Of a stretch of 48,737 nucleotides of DNA, positions 9,928 through 20,579 are shown piece after piece (positions within the stretch are counted from its first letter, which is position 1; every line of letters starts with the position of its first letter). The stretch lies in the sequence record PZ452607.1. One strand, given 5' to 3'. Made by a program: the position numbers and the translations under genes. This DNA is from a phage. Below the pieces are notes generated by a model that did no database searches, had not been told where the DNA came from, and saw nothing but the letters and a program-made list of their open reading frames with translations.

Positions 9928-10245
9928 ATGGCTAAATTCAATTTCGTGTTGGGCCAGCTTCCAGACTTCAAACTTCCGGTGACGTTCACCATGCCAAACG
10001 GCGAGGATGCGACTATTATTTTTACAGTACGCCACCTTTCCAGTAAAGAAGTGCAAGATATGTATGCGAAGCAGGGCGAAATGAATGATAGCGATTTCAT
10101 CACTAAGATAGCATCAGGATGGAATCTGGAAGAAGAATTTAACGAAGAGAATACGCGTAAGCTGGTACAGTATTATCCTTCCGCAGCGTACAATCTGACG
10201 GCAACTTACATCAAGGCGCTCGCCGGACACCGCGCAAAAAACTAA
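9928..10245 (+). CDS. tail assembly chaperone (lambda G-like)
   Basis: Small ORF directly upstream of tape measure, ending at slippery heptamer A_AAA_AAC. Confidence 0.6.
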   Translation: MAKFNFVLGQLPDFKLPVTFTMPNGEDATIIFTVRHLSSKEVQDMYAKQGEMNDSDFITKIASGWNLEEEFNEENTRKLVQYYPSAAYNLTATYIKALAGHRAKN

Positions 10246-10562
10246 AAAGGGCGGTTTATCTGTTATATCAGAAACCGCCAACAGAAGAGCAATTAAGATC
10301 GGTTGGCCTCAGTCTTTCTGACTATGAAGACGAGGAACCGGAAACGATAATCGGCGATGCTGAAATGGTGAAGGCGTGGAATGTTTTTACGTCAATGCTC
10401 ACTCAGTGGAGAAGTTCAGGCGCTGGAGCTTATGGTCTTGACTATAATGTTTTGCCTATGTTGTTCAAAATCTATAAAATAGAAGATGAAGAACTGGCAT
10501 TGCAGGACGTTAGGATCATGGAAGCGAAAGCGCTTGAAATGATTGCTAAGCAAAACAACTAA
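9928..10562 (+). CDS. tail assembly chaperone frameshift fusion (lambda G-T-like), produced by -1 shift at 10236-10242
   Basis: -1 frame is open from 10236 through ORF 10365..10562 with no stop; conserved G/GT architecture of tailed phages. Confidence 0.55.
10236..10242 (+). other. -1 programmed frameshift slippery heptamer A_AAA_AAC with downstream stem-loop (10250..10279)
   Basis: Zero-frame codons GCA AAA AAC TAA; stem GGCGGTTT / AAACCGCC begins 7 nt downstream. Confidence 0.55.
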
Positions 10563-10583
10563 GCCGCCGTTTGGCGGTTTTTT
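10563..10583 (+). terminator. intrinsic terminator after chaperone T-domain
   Basis: CCGCC gttt GGCGG then T6. Confidence 0.5.
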
Positions 10584-10602
10584 CGTATATAGGGGGGGTT
10601 AT

Positions 10603-13476
10603 ATGGTTGATAAGGTAGCAGGTCTATCTCTTGACGTTGACGTGTCAACAGTTCAGCGCGCTGTCAAGTCACTGAAAGAGTTTTCAAAGGCCAACGATCA
10701 GGCCGCTGATTCTATGGGTTCTTTAATCAATGAGTCAGAGGTTGCAAAACAGAAGGCCAAAGAACACGCCGAACAACTCAGGCGCCAGAGAAAAGAGTAT
10801 GAGGCCGTGGAGAAGGCAATCGATCCTACAGTATCAAAAATGGAAAGGTTGAAGATTGCATCTCAGCAGCTTGATAAACTCTGGCAGCAGGGAGTCGTTC
10901 CAGATGAGACTTTTTTCCGTTTGGGTGAAATGCTGGATCTGCAAAACGCAAAACTTTCTCGCAGCCGGGCCATGCTGACAGAAGAAGGGCAGGCAGCATT
11001 GCAAGAGGCGAAAGCAAAAGAGCAGGCGGCAGTGCGTAGCAAGGCGTTCATGGATGCCCTGAATGGTCAAGTTAACGCGATCGGTAAGACTCATGCTGAA
11101 TTGATGGAACTGAAAGCGGCTGAGCTTGGTTTATCGAAAGAAGCAGAACCACTAATCGCAAAACTTAAAGATCAAGGCCGGGCTATGAATGCAGCAGGTA
11201 TTAGCGCCGGGGAATACAGACAGGCAATGCGAATGCTTCCTGCGCAGATCACAGATGTCGTAACATCTCTTGCATCCGGTATGCCAGTATGGATGGTTGC
11301 TATCCAACAGGGCGGTCAGATTAAGGATTCGTTCGGCGGGATCGGTAACACGTTTAAAGTGTTGCTGAGTTATATTAATCCGGTCACGGCAGGTGTTGGC
11401 GTTCTTGTTGGTTCGTTAGGTATTCTAGCGAAAGCTGGTTATGACTCTTACAAATCAATAACTGATATTCAGAATGCGCTTATTGAGACTGGAGGTTATG
11501 CAGGTGTTACGGCTGAAGAGCTTGATTCAGTGTCTAAAAAGATCGCGCAGACAAGCAACTCAACCATTGGGAGTATTCGCGAGATTGTAACGGAGTTGGC
11601 GAGTTCTGGTAAGTACACCCGCGAGCAGATCCAGAACATCACTAAGGCTACCGCAGAGTGGTCAGCGTCAACAGGAAAATCAGCAAGTCAAATTATTTCT
11701 GAGTTCGAAAAAATAGCAAGCGATCCGGTAAAAGGACTGAAGAAGTTAAACGAGCAATATAATTTCCTTGAAAAAGGGCAGCTTACCTATATCGATACAT
11801 TAAGCCGGACGAAAGGAGAAACTGAGGCTGTATCAGAGGCTACAAAACTATTCGCAGACGTAATGGAAAAGCGAATGAAGTCGATCGCGGATAACGCTAC
11901 TCCTCTGGAAAAGATGTGGAGCGATATTAAACAATGGGCTTCGGACGCGTGGGGATGGGTTGGTGATCATACACTCGGGGCACTAAACCTGATTATCGAC
12001 GTTGTTCAGGGTACAGTGATTCAGGTTAAAATGATTCTTGCGAAGGGTGATGAATACATCTCAAACTTTATCGCCTCAGCCATAAAGGCAACTCAGTCAC
12101 TGCCTGGAATGAGTGACTTCGGCGCTGATGTACTGAAGGAGCAGGAGAATATTGTAAAAAGTTCTCGCGACAACTACGATCAGTTAGCTTCAGATCTTGA
12201 CGCTATTAACGCTCGTGTAGAAAAAAGCGAGATGGGATACATTGAAGCAATGAGGCAGCGCCGCACCCTTGAAAAGCAGTACAGTGAGGAAACTAAGGAG
12301 GCAATAAGGAAAGAAGCAGAAGAGATCGAGAAGCGAAACCGAGAACGAAATAAGCAGTCGAAAATTGTACGATCACCGACAGAGCAATTCGACAAGGAGT
12401 TAATTTCACTCAGGGCTCAACTTAAGGTATTGCAGGAGCATAAGGAGATCGGTCAAAAACTATCAGCACAGAGAAAGGCGCTGTTTACAACTGAGGCTAC
12501 GATCGCTGTTCTTCGCGAAGCTAGTTCTAAGCGCCAGTTGTCTGCGGAAGAAAAAGCGTTGCTGGCAAGTCAGGAGAGAGTTATTGAGCTTGCGAAACAG
12601 AAGGCCGAGATTGGCGATCAGATTGTTAAGCAACAGCAGTTGAATGATCTTACCGATAAATCTCTGAAGTTTGTCAATGAGATGACGGCGGCGACGGAAC
12701 AGCTTAACGCGTCACGCGGTCTTAGTACTCGCGACATGGAACGACAAGCTGAACTAGCTAAAATCACCACTGATTACATCAACTCCGGCGGCAGCGAAGG
12801 AGACGAGAAACTTCAGAACATGATTAAGGCGCAAAATGATTACTACGCTGCGGAAGATGCCAAGCGAGCTGACTGGTTGGCAGGTGCTGAAAGTGCTTTT
12901 GCTGATTACGGTGATGCAGCAATGGATATGTACGGCAATGTTAACGAGATCGCGTCAAGTGCCCTTAACGGAATGTCAGATATGATGGTTCAATTTCTGA
13001 CCACAGGAAAAGCGAACTTTGAGGACTTTGCGAAAAATATCATCGGCATGATTATAAAGATGATTGCTCAGATGGTAATCTTCAATACGATCTCAGGCAT
13101 GATGGGCGGTAAGACGTGGAGCTTTGCTGGAGGGGCGTCGTCTGGTGCTTCTGCGGCATCACAGGCAACCCCTACACCTGCTGCTTCTGTTTTTAGATCT
13201 GTATCTTCCGGCGGGGCCGCTGTATCACTTGCTGCCGCAGCGGGTAGCGTGGCAACCTCTGGATTCAACGCATCAAACTCGGCGCCAAAGGTGGTAAACC
13301 ATTCAGGAGGTGGAACGGTCGTTGACGTTAGCGGAATGGAGGTGAAAGTTGACAACGGTTCAGATCCGAGGGGGATTTCTCAGGGCGTGGAAATGATGTT
13401 CAAAAAAATGATTCGTGAGTCTTGTTCGCAGGGCGGCGAGGTTTATAATTACATTCAGGAAAAAACAGGAGGCTAA
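10603..13476 (+). CDS. tail tape measure protein
   Basis: 957 aa, coiled-coil-rich, Gly/Ala/Ser-rich C-terminal segment; follows G/GT chaperone; RBS AGGGGGGG. Confidence 0.8.
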   Translation: MVDKVAGLSLDVDVSTVQRAVKSLKEFSKANDQAADSMGSLINESEVAKQKAKEHAEQLRRQRKEYEAVEKAIDPTVSKMERLKIASQQLDKLWQQGVVPDETFFRLGEMLDLQNAKLSRSRAMLTEEGQAALQEAKAKEQAAVRSKAFMDALNGQVNAIGKTHAELMELKAAELGLSKEAEPLIAKLKDQGRAMNAAGISAGEYRQAMRMLPAQITDVVTSLASGMPVWMVAIQQGGQIKDSFGGIGNTFKVLLSYINPVTAGVGVLVGSLGILAKAGYDSYKSITDIQNALIETGGYAGVTAEELDSVSKKIAQTSNSTIGSIREIVTELASSGKYTREQIQNITKATAEWSASTGKSASQIISEFEKIASDPVKGLKKLNEQYNFLEKGQLTYIDTLSRTKGETEAVSEATKLFADVMEKRMKSIADNATPLEKMWSDIKQWASDAWGWVGDHTLGALNLIIDVVQGTVIQVKMILAKGDEYISNFIASAIKATQSLPGMSDFGADVLKEQENIVKSSRDNYDQLASDLDAINARVEKSEMGYIEAMRQRRTLEKQYSEETKEAIRKEAEEIEKRNRERNKQSKIVRSPTEQFDKELISLRAQLKVLQEHKEIGQKLSAQRKALFTTEATIAVLREASSKRQLSAEEKALLASQERVIELAKQKAEIGDQIVKQQQLNDLTDKSLKFVNEMTAATEQLNASRGLSTRDMERQAELAKITTDYINSGGSEGDEKLQNMIKAQNDYYAAEDAKRADWLAGAESAFADYGDAAMDMYGNVNEIASSALNGMSDMMVQFLTTGKANFEDFAKNIIGMIIKMIAQMVIFNTISGMMGGKTWSFAGGASSGASAASQATPTPAASVFRSVSSGGAAVSLAAAAGSVATSGFNASNSAPKVVNHSGGGTVVDVSGMEVKVDNGSDPRGISQGVEMMFKKMIRESCSQGGEVYNYIQEKTGG

Positions 13477-13478
13477 TA

Positions 13479-13832
13479 ATGGCGACACTTGACACTTTTG
13501 GTTGGTGTACGCAGGTTCAAGGGGGCGGTGGCTCCCTTACCACTACCAACAGCGACCGCTCTATTCAGTTCGGTAACGGGTACATGCAACTTGCATCATC
13601 TGGATTTAACACCACGCGGCGTGAATATTCAGTCGTCTATGCCGGGGAAGATTTCATGGCTGTTTACGACTTCTGCAACTCTCACCGCATTAAGCCGTTC
13701 GCATGGACGCCGCCGGACGGTAAGATCGGGATATGGGTAGTAAAGCCTAACAGTTTGGGAGCGAAGCCAGTATCGCGCGACGTGATGGAGATTAACGTCA
13801 CGTTTATGGAGCAATTTACATCTATGGAGTAA
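13479..13832 (+). CDS. minor tail protein (lambda M-like)
   Basis: Resembles lambda gpM (..YSV..WTPP.. region); gene order TMP-M-L-K-I-J. Confidence 0.65.
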   Translation: MATLDTFGWCTQVQGGGGSLTTTNSDRSIQFGNGYMQLASSGFNTTRREYSVVYAGEDFMAVYDFCNSHRIKPFAWTPPDGKIGIWVVKPNSLGAKPVSRDVMEINVTFMEQFTSME

Positions 13833-13848
13833 CGCCATATAACAAAAG

Positions 13849-13883
13849 CCCGCCTTGCGCGGGTTTTTTTGTAGCTGTAGAAT
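13849..13883 (+). promoter_or_regulatory. terminator hairpin with overlapping sigma70-like promoter (TTGCGC-17-TAGAAT)
   Basis: CCCGCCTTGCGCGGG then T7; -35 lies in hairpin loop; same cassette at 16028..16062. Confidence 0.5.
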
Positions 13884-13911
13884 GGTTGCAGGTAAACAAG
13901 AGGAAAAATCA

Positions 13912-14694
13912 ATGAGCGAAAACAAAAAACTTTATGATGAAGAAAGCGGAAAGAGCCTGTTTCACAACTGCCTTCAATCACTATATCCGGGAGAGATAAT
14001 CACTCTCATCGAAGTTGATGGTAGTAAGTTCGGCGCTCAGGTGTACCGATTCCACGGTGAGAATATCCAGTACACTCCAGAAGAAATCATGCAGGCCCAG
14101 CAAACTGGAACGCTACCGCCGAAGGAAATTACATTCCGTGGCGAGAAATACGGGGCGCGACCGTTCGGTATATCCGGGATCTCGTTTGACAGTTCCGGGA
14201 AGGCAACAAAACCACAATTAACGGTGGCAAACATTGATAGTCGCGTATCTGCGATGATTCGTGCATATAACGGACTAATGCAAGCTAAGGTGACTATCTG
14301 GATAACTCAGCGTGAGCTTATTAACTCCGATGGCTCAATCGCTGATGGAGCTTACCGTAAACTGGTATACTATATCGAGCGTCCGAACTATGTTGATAAA
14401 AGCGTTGCGCGGTTCGATCTCACATCACCTTACGATATGGACGGCATAATGATCCCGTCTCGACTCACGCAAAGCGTATGCTATTTTGCACAACGAGGGT
14501 GGTATAAAACAGGGAAAGGCTGCGGATACAACGGGCAAAATGGTTACTTCGATAAAGACAATAATCCTGTAGACGATCCGTCGCTGGATTTTTGCCCGGG
14601 AACGGTAACGGCCTGCCGCCTGAGATTCGGCGCAAACAATGAATTGGATTTTGGCGGTTGCGCTGTCGCTTCATTACAGAGGAAAAATCAATGA
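13912..14694 (+). CDS. minor tail protein (lambda L-like)
   Basis: PQLTVAN and C-terminal Cys-rich region with DFGG resemble lambda gpL; RBS AAGAGGA. Confidence 0.75.
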   Translation: MSENKKLYDEESGKSLFHNCLQSLYPGEIITLIEVDGSKFGAQVYRFHGENIQYTPEEIMQAQQTGTLPPKEITFRGEKYGARPFGISGISFDSSGKATKPQLTVANIDSRVSAMIRAYNGLMQAKVTIWITQRELINSDGSIADGAYRKLVYYIERPNYVDKSVARFDLTSPYDMDGIMIPSRLTQSVCYFAQRGWYKTGKGCGYNGQNGYFDKDNNPVDDPSLDFCPGTVTACRLRFGANNELDFGGCAVASLQRKNQ

Positions 14695-15425
14695 TTAGTG
14701 CAAAAATTAAACTTGAAATTATGACTCACGCTCAGGAAGAATACCCCCGCGAATGCTGCGGGGTAGTCACCCAAAAGGGCCGCGTGCAAAAATACCATCG
14801 CATTGATAATGTGCATCGTGATCCCGAGAATCATTTCATGATGGATGCTGTACAATACGCTTGCATTGAGGACGATGCGGAATCAACAACAATAGCAATT
14901 GTTCACAGCCACACAGGAGACGGGGCTACAACTCTACCAAGCGCTCACGATACGTGCATGTGCAACGAGATGGAAGTTACCTGGATTATTGTTAGCGTGC
15001 CGGAAGGGGATATGCGATTTGTGAAGCCGGAGAAATTGCCTCTGATTGGTCGTCCGTGGTCATTAGGATCATTCGACTGTTACGGTCTTGTTATGGCGTG
15101 GCACAAAGAGCACGGCGTAGAATTGCGCGATCGCCGATTGAATTTTGAATGGTGGAAACCTGAGTACGGAATTAATCTCTATCAGGATTATTACAAGCAG
15201 GATGGCTTCGTTGAGATTCCAGATCAGAATAATCCGTCATTCGGTGATATGGTAATCATGCAGATAGGGCAAAACGTTCCGGTATGGAACCATGCAGGGA
15301 TTTACCTGGGAGATAATCAGATCTTGCATCATGCCTTCGGCAAGCTATCTCGTCGTGATATTTATTCCGGATGGTATCAGGATCATACTGTTTTAATCGT
15401 TCGCCATAAGGATCTTAAATTATGA
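14691..15425 (+). CDS. tail assembly protein (lambda K-like; JAB/MPN plus NlpC/P60 domains)
   Basis: JAMM-like motifs (E..CCG, HSH) followed by NlpC/P60-like region; ATGA overlap with L-like gene. Confidence 0.75.
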   Translation: MISAKIKLEIMTHAQEEYPRECCGVVTQKGRVQKYHRIDNVHRDPENHFMMDAVQYACIEDDAESTTIAIVHSHTGDGATTLPSAHDTCMCNEMEVTWIIVSVPEGDMRFVKPEKLPLIGRPWSLGSFDCYGLVMAWHKEHGVELRDRRLNFEWWKPEYGINLYQDYYKQDGFVEIPDQNNPSFGDMVIMQIGQNVPVWNHAGIYLGDNQILHHAFGKLSRRDIYSGWYQDHTVLIVRHKDLKL

Positions 15426-16021
15426 ATGATGTAAAAGTAATTAAATTGTCAGGTTCACTTGGGAGACGCTTCGGCGTCTTTCACCGTTACGCTGTTGACT
15501 CTTACCCGGAAGCCATACGGGCGCTATCCAGTCAGGTTGACGGATTTAAAGAATACATGCAAAGCGAGGTAGGATCTCGTAGCAAGTTTGCAATATTTGT
15601 GGATGGCGTTAACGTGGGACACCATGAAGAGGAAAAATTCAAGTGCGCGAAAGAGATAAGAATCGTACCGATCCCTACTGGCTCTAAGACAGGAGGTCTA
15701 TTTCAGGTTGTATTGGGCGCGGCAATAATGGTTGCAGCATTCTATACTGGCGGCGCGTCTCTGGCTTTAATGGGCACAATGTCCTCGTCTCTGTTTATGA
15801 TGGGCGGCGCTATGGTGCTGGGCGGCGTGATGCAGATGATTTCACCGCAGCCGGGTGGCGCAAACTTTGAAGTTCAATCAAGCAAGAATAAACCTTCGTA
15901 CGCGTTCGGCGGTGCTGTCAATACGACGGCGGCGGGATACCCTCTCCCGGTCCCGTATGGATATCGCGCCGGAGGTGGGGCAACTTTCTCAGCAGGTTCT
16001 TATGCCGAGGATATGAGTTAA
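15422..16021 (+). CDS. tail assembly protein (lambda I-like)
   Basis: Overlapping start with K-like gene; hydrophobic Gly/Ala-rich C-terminus; position before J-like gene. Confidence 0.6.
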   Translation: MNDVKVIKLSGSLGRRFGVFHRYAVDSYPEAIRALSSQVDGFKEYMQSEVGSRSKFAIFVDGVNVGHHEEEKFKCAKEIRIVPIPTGSKTGGLFQVVLGAAIMVAAFYTGGASLALMGTMSSSLFMMGGAMVLGGVMQMISPQPGGANFEVQSSKNKPSYAFGGAVNTTAAGYPLPVPYGYRAGGGATFSAGSYAEDMS

Positions 16022-16027
16022 AATTAA

Positions 16028-16062
16028 CCCGCCTTGCGCGGGTTTTTTTTCGCCTGTATAAT
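16028..16062 (+). promoter_or_regulatory. terminator hairpin with overlapping sigma70-like promoter (TTGCGC-17-TATAAT)
   Basis: Identical hairpin CCCGCCTTGCGCGGG then T8 and TATAAT; upstream of J-like gene. Confidence 0.55.
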
Positions 16063-16073
16063 GAGTCCACCGA

Positions 16074-16097
16074 TAAATAGCACAAAAAGGTAAACAT
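16074..16097 (+). promoter_or_regulatory. degenerate box copy in leader of J-like gene
   Basis: ATAGCACAAAAAGGTAAAC; left half-site intact, right degenerate. Confidence 0.3.
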
Positions 16098-16098
16098 C

Positions 16099-19000
16099 AT
16101 GATTCAAAAAGTGATAAGCGGATCTAAAGGTGGGTCACAGAAGCCTCATAACCCAGTTGAGATGGAGGACAATCTAATCTCAATCAACAAAATCAAGATC
16201 CTGTTAGCTGTATCTGATGGTGAAATTGACGAAACATTCAGCCTGAAGCAGTTGATGTTTAACTCAGTCCCGGTGCAAAACGAGGATGGCTCATTTAACT
16301 TCGAGGGAGTAAAGGCAGAGTTCAGACCGGGGACGCAGACTCAGGAATATATCAAGGGAATGGAAGATAGCTCTAGTGAGGTAACTGTAAATCGTGAGGT
16401 TACTACCGATAACCCATACACAATCTCAGTAACCAACAAAACGCTGTCGGCAATCCGTATCAAAATGTTCATGCCTCGCGGCGTACGAATTGAAAGTAAC
16501 GGTGATAAAAATGGCGTAAGAGTTGAGTATGAGGTGCAACAAGCTGTTGATGGCGGCTCGTTTGAGACGGTGCTCACCGATGTAATCGAAGGCAAAACAA
16601 TGTCAGGTTACGATCGAAGCAGACGTGTAAACCTACCTAACTTCAACAATCAGGTGATATTCAGAGTGGTTCGGAAAACTCCAGACTCTAACGACTCGAA
16701 CGTTGTTGACGCGATTCAGGTAAAGAGCTATGCCGAGGTGATTGATGCCAAATTCCGTTATCCGCTGACTGGTCTTCTTTTTGTCGAGTTTGATTCGAAG
16801 ATGTTCCCAAACCAGTTACCTACGATCTCAATTCGTAAGCGCTGGAAGATTGTAAACGTTCCGTCAAACTATGATCCAGAATCACGAACTTATAACGGAA
16901 ATTGGGATGGAACTTTTAAGAAGGCATGGACGAATAATCCGGCCTGGGTGCTTTATGACCTGATGATTAATCAGCGTTATGGCTTGGATCAGAAAGAGCT
17001 TGGTATCGCTGTAGATAAATGGGCGCTCTACGAGGCTGCGCAATATTGCGATCAGATGGTTCCTGATGGGAAGGGCGGGACGGAACCTCGATACCTTTGC
17101 GACGTGATAATCCAGTCTCAGACTGACGCTTACAAGGTTATCCGAGATATTTGCTCAATCTTTCGTGGTATGAGCTTTTGGAATGGTGAGAGCATTTCGG
17201 TAATCATCGACAGGCCGCGTGAACCTGCGTACATCTTCACTAACGACAACGTTGTTAATGGTGACTTCTCCTACACGTTCGCAAGCGAAAAGAGCATGTA
17301 CACGACGTGTAATGTGATGTTTGATGATGAACAAAACATGTATCAGCAGGACGTTGAGCCAGTATTCGATCGTGAGGCTACTCTACGGTTTGGGAACAAC
17401 GTTACGAGCATTACAGCGATCGGTTGCACACGTCGAAGCGAGGCCAACCGACGCGGGAGATGGATTCTGAAAACTAACCTCCGCAGCACTACGGTAAACT
17501 TCGCTACCGGGCTTGAGGGCATGATCCCAACAATCGGAGATGTTGTGGCAATAGCTGATAACTTCTGGTCAAGTAACTTGACAATGAACCTGTCAGGGCG
17601 TTTGCTCGAAGTGTCTGGAAGTCAGATTTTCTTGCCGTTCCGGGTGGATGCACGCGCTGGTGACTTTATTATCGTAAATAAGCCAGATGGCAAGCCTGTG
17701 AAGCGCACAATCTCAAGTGTTAGTGCGGATGGTAAGACTATAGAGGTTAACATTGGCTTTGGCTTTCCTGTGAAGCCTAACACGGTATTCGCTATCGACC
17801 GCACCGACATTGCGTTACAGCAGTACGTCGTGACAAAAATCGATAAGGGCGATGATGATGAGGAATTTACCTACAAAATAACGGCGGTGGAGTACGATCC
17901 TAACAAGTATGATGAGATTGATTACGGAGTTAACATCGACGACCGACCGACGAGCATCGTTGAACCAGATCAGATCCCTAGACCGAAAAATGTGCAAGTA
18001 TCCTCAGAGTCGAGAATCGTCCAGGGGATGAGCGTAGAAACGATGATTGTTAGCTGGGATAAAGTTCCGTACGCTGTTTTCTATGACGTCCAGTGGCGAA
18101 AGGATAACGGTAACTGGCAAAATGTACCGCAGACAGCAAACAAAGAGGTATACGTTGAAGGTATTTACGCTGGCAACTATCAGGTTCGCGTTCGCTCAGT
18201 CGCTGGTTCGGGCACGACTTCAGGCTGGTCAAATATCGTCGCGGCAACGTTGACGGGTAAACAGGGTGAACCGGGCCGAACGATTAACCTCACAGCTACG
18301 GATGATGTTGTTTTTGGTATCCGTACAAAATGGGGGTTCTCTGATGGTTCTGGAGATACAGCCTATACAGAGTTGCAACAGTCACCGGATGGAACAGTGG
18401 ATAACGCAAGTTTGCTTTCTTTGATTCCGTATCCGCAGCATGAGTATTATCACTCACCAATGCCTGGAGGGAATATTGTTTGGTATCGGGTAAGGACGGT
18501 TGACAGGATCGGTAACGTGTCTCAGTGGACTGATTTTGTCAGAGGTATGGCATCAACAAACGTTGACGATATCATTGGGGAGATTTCTGTTGATATCGAA
18601 AACTCACCTGGTTACGAGTGGCTTGTTGATAACGCAACAGACAACGCGGCGCAGAACTCAGCTAACGCAGAGGCAGCAATAGAAAACGCGCTCGCCAATG
18701 ACAAAGACGCGATCTACATGAAGAAGGAGAACGGAAAACGAAAAGCTGAGTACACGAAATCACTGAAACTTATTGCTGATGAGACGCAGGCACGAGTGAC
18801 GGCGATCGAGCAATTGAAGGCAAGTTTTGGCGATCAGATTAGCGCTAGCAACAGCGAGCTGCGTGAGGTTATCGCAACCGAGACTGAAGCACTATCGCGT
18901 GAGATTGACCAGCTTAAGGCTCAGATTGGTGACGATATTCAGGCAAGTCTGACTGATATTCGGGAGGCTATCGCGAACGAGACTGAGGCTAGAACGCAAG

Positions 19001-19518
19001 CTGACTTAACACTTAGCGCGCGGCTTGGAAATAACGAGGCGGCACTTGCTCAAAAACTAGACTCGTGGAGTAACGCGGATTCTACTGGTGCAATGTACGG
19101 TGTCAAGTTGGGTCTGAAATACAACGGCCAGGAATACAGTGCAGGCATGGCTATGTCTCTAGTTGGTTCCGGAGCTGCGGTTAAGGCGCAGATTTTGTTT
19201 GAGGCGTCACGATTTGCCATCATGACTGGAATGAATGGTCAGACTCAGTACCCCTTCGTTGTTGAGAATGGTCAGGTTATTTTAAGTAGCGCGATTATCA
19301 AGAACGGATTCATCACCAACGCAATGATTGGAAACTTCATCCAGTCGAATAACTATGTATTTAACAAGTCCGGATGGAGGCTTGACAAGGGTGGAACATT
19401 CGAAAATTACGGAAGTGACGGTGAGGGTGCAATGAAGCAAACTAATACCACAATATCTGTTAGGGATGCGAGTGGTCGCCTGAGGGTTCAGATTGGCAGG
19501 TTGACTGGCTCATGGTAA
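16099..19518 (+). CDS. tail tip host-specificity protein (lambda J-like central fibre)
   Basis: 1139-aa ORF after K/I homologues with own promoter; coiled segment near C-terminus. Confidence 0.8.
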   Translation: MIQKVISGSKGGSQKPHNPVEMEDNLISINKIKILLAVSDGEIDETFSLKQLMFNSVPVQNEDGSFNFEGVKAEFRPGTQTQEYIKGMEDSSSEVTVNREVTTDNPYTISVTNKTLSAIRIKMFMPRGVRIESNGDKNGVRVEYEVQQAVDGGSFETVLTDVIEGKTMSGYDRSRRVNLPNFNNQVIFRVVRKTPDSNDSNVVDAIQVKSYAEVIDAKFRYPLTGLLFVEFDSKMFPNQLPTISIRKRWKIVNVPSNYDPESRTYNGNWDGTFKKAWTNNPAWVLYDLMINQRYGLDQKELGIAVDKWALYEAAQYCDQMVPDGKGGTEPRYLCDVIIQSQTDAYKVIRDICSIFRGMSFWNGESISVIIDRPREPAYIFTNDNVVNGDFSYTFASEKSMYTTCNVMFDDEQNMYQQDVEPVFDREATLRFGNNVTSITAIGCTRRSEANRRGRWILKTNLRSTTVNFATGLEGMIPTIGDVVAIADNFWSSNLTMNLSGRLLEVSGSQIFLPFRVDARAGDFIIVNKPDGKPVKRTISSVSADGKTIEVNIGFGFPVKPNTVFAIDRTDIALQQYVVTKIDKGDDDEEFTYKITAVEYDPNKYDEIDYGVNIDDRPTSIVEPDQIPRPKNVQVSSESRIVQGMSVETMIVSWDKVPYAVFYDVQWRKDNGNWQNVPQTANKEVYVEGIYAGNYQVRVRSVAGSGTTSGWSNIVAATLTGKQGEPGRTINLTATDDVVFGIRTKWGFSDGSGDTAYTELQQSPDGTVDNASLLSLIPYPQHEYYHSPMPGGNIVWYRVRTVDRIGNVSQWTDFVRGMASTNVDDIIGEISVDIENSPGYEWLVDNATDNAAQNSANAEAAIENALANDKDAIYMKKENGKRKAEYTKSLKLIADETQARVTAIEQLKASFGDQISASNSELREVIATETEALSREIDQLKAQIGDDIQASLTDIREAIANETEARTQADLTLSARLGNNEAALAQKLDSWSNADSTGAMYGVKLGLKYNGQEYSAGMAMSLVGSGAAVKAQILFEASRFAIMTGMNGQTQYPFVVENGQVILSSAIIKNGFITNAMIGNFIQSNNYVFNKSGWRLDKGGTFENYGSDGEGAMKQTNTTISVRDASGRLRVQIGRLTGSW

Positions 19519-19524
19519 TATCAA

Positions 19525-19550
19525 GGGCATCGAGAGATGCCCTTTTCTTT
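19525..19550 (+). terminator. intrinsic terminator after J-like gene
   Basis: GGGCATC gaga GATGCCC then T-rich tract. Confidence 0.55.
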
Positions 19551-19563
19551 TGGAGGATTTATT

Positions 19564-19869
19564 ATGGCGTACGGTATATCAACTTGGGACGCAAATGGCG
19601 TTTATAATAACTATGGAATTAAGCCTATTACGGTTGTTGGTTGGAACTTTTTGTCAGCAGGCCAGAATTCAGCATCGTTCAGCTATCAAGTGCCTCCTGG
19701 TATGCATGTGAACTACGTTATAAGCCTTGACGATGGCGCCATTAGTGGGCCTGGCAGGAAAATTATTGCTAGCGGTAATACGATAACAGTAACGCCAACA
19801 AACTCACCTGGGCCAAACGTGTACCCATCATCAAACTGTTACTTAATAGCATATCTGGAGAATGATTAA
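19564..19869 (+). CDS. hypothetical tail-associated protein
   Basis: RBS GGAGG; follows J-like gene; N-terminus resembles N-terminus of next ORF. Confidence 0.4.
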   Translation: MAYGISTWDANGVYNNYGIKPITVVGWNFLSAGQNSASFSYQVPPGMHVNYVISLDDGAISGPGRKIIASGNTITVTPTNSPGPNVYPSSNCYLIAYLEND

Positions 19870-20558
19870 TGTCATACGGTGCTTTTATAGATGTAAACGG
19901 AAACCCATTCATAACCCCGTTATCCACGCCATTCGCTTTATATGCGAGAGGGGAAATTCAATCAGTAAATGTTAGTGGTTCACAGGTTGCGGAGAGATAC
20001 GTTCGGATACCTACAGGTGTTCCGGTTATAGCTTTTTGCAAAACAACAAACACGCAGCAGGGGACCGCGCTTTCAGCCTTTACTTTCAGAAGCGGACCCA
20101 ATGTTGGAACTGTTTATATAAGGGGGACAAATCCAGCAAACCAATCATACACGCTAACATACTACATATTTGCCATATTTGAGCAGTCACTACCGAGATG
20201 GGGTATGGCAATATGGGATGCGACAGGAAAGCTAGTGCTGACAAATGAGACAAAAGTCCTTAGTGATTTGGTTACAATCGGCACTCCTGGATACGCTGGC
20301 GGTGGATTAAACATAGACACAACACTCAGCGGAAGCTACGCGGTTGTTCCAACTATACTTGGCAACTATCAAATTGTTATTGGAAGGTTGCCAACTGGGC
20401 AACCAATAATAGGAAACTCAACAGCAGGCAGTTCATGCAGGTACAACGGGAGCACAACGAGAATAAATGCAGCAGCAACCACTGCGGCAGGTCAGATAAT
20501 GAACACAGCGAATAATGGAAATATTATAACAGCAATCAAAACGGCAGCATACGACTAA
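19869..20558 (+). CDS. hypothetical tail-associated protein
   Basis: 229-aa beta-rich ORF; ATGA-type coupling with previous gene; followed by terminator. Confidence 0.4.
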   Translation: MSYGAFIDVNGNPFITPLSTPFALYARGEIQSVNVSGSQVAERYVRIPTGVPVIAFCKTTNTQQGTALSAFTFRSGPNVGTVYIRGTNPANQSYTLTYYIFAIFEQSLPRWGMAIWDATGKLVLTNETKVLSDLVTIGTPGYAGGGLNIDTTLSGSYAVVPTILGNYQIVIGRLPTGQPIIGNSTAGSSCRYNGSTTRINAAATTAAGQIMNTANNGNIITAIKTAAYD

Positions 20559-20576
20559 GCCCCTTGCGGGGCTTTT
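20558..20576. terminator. terminator hairpin between convergent genes
   Basis: GCCCC ttgc GGGGC then TTTT. Confidence 0.5.
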
Positions 20577-20579
20577 ATT

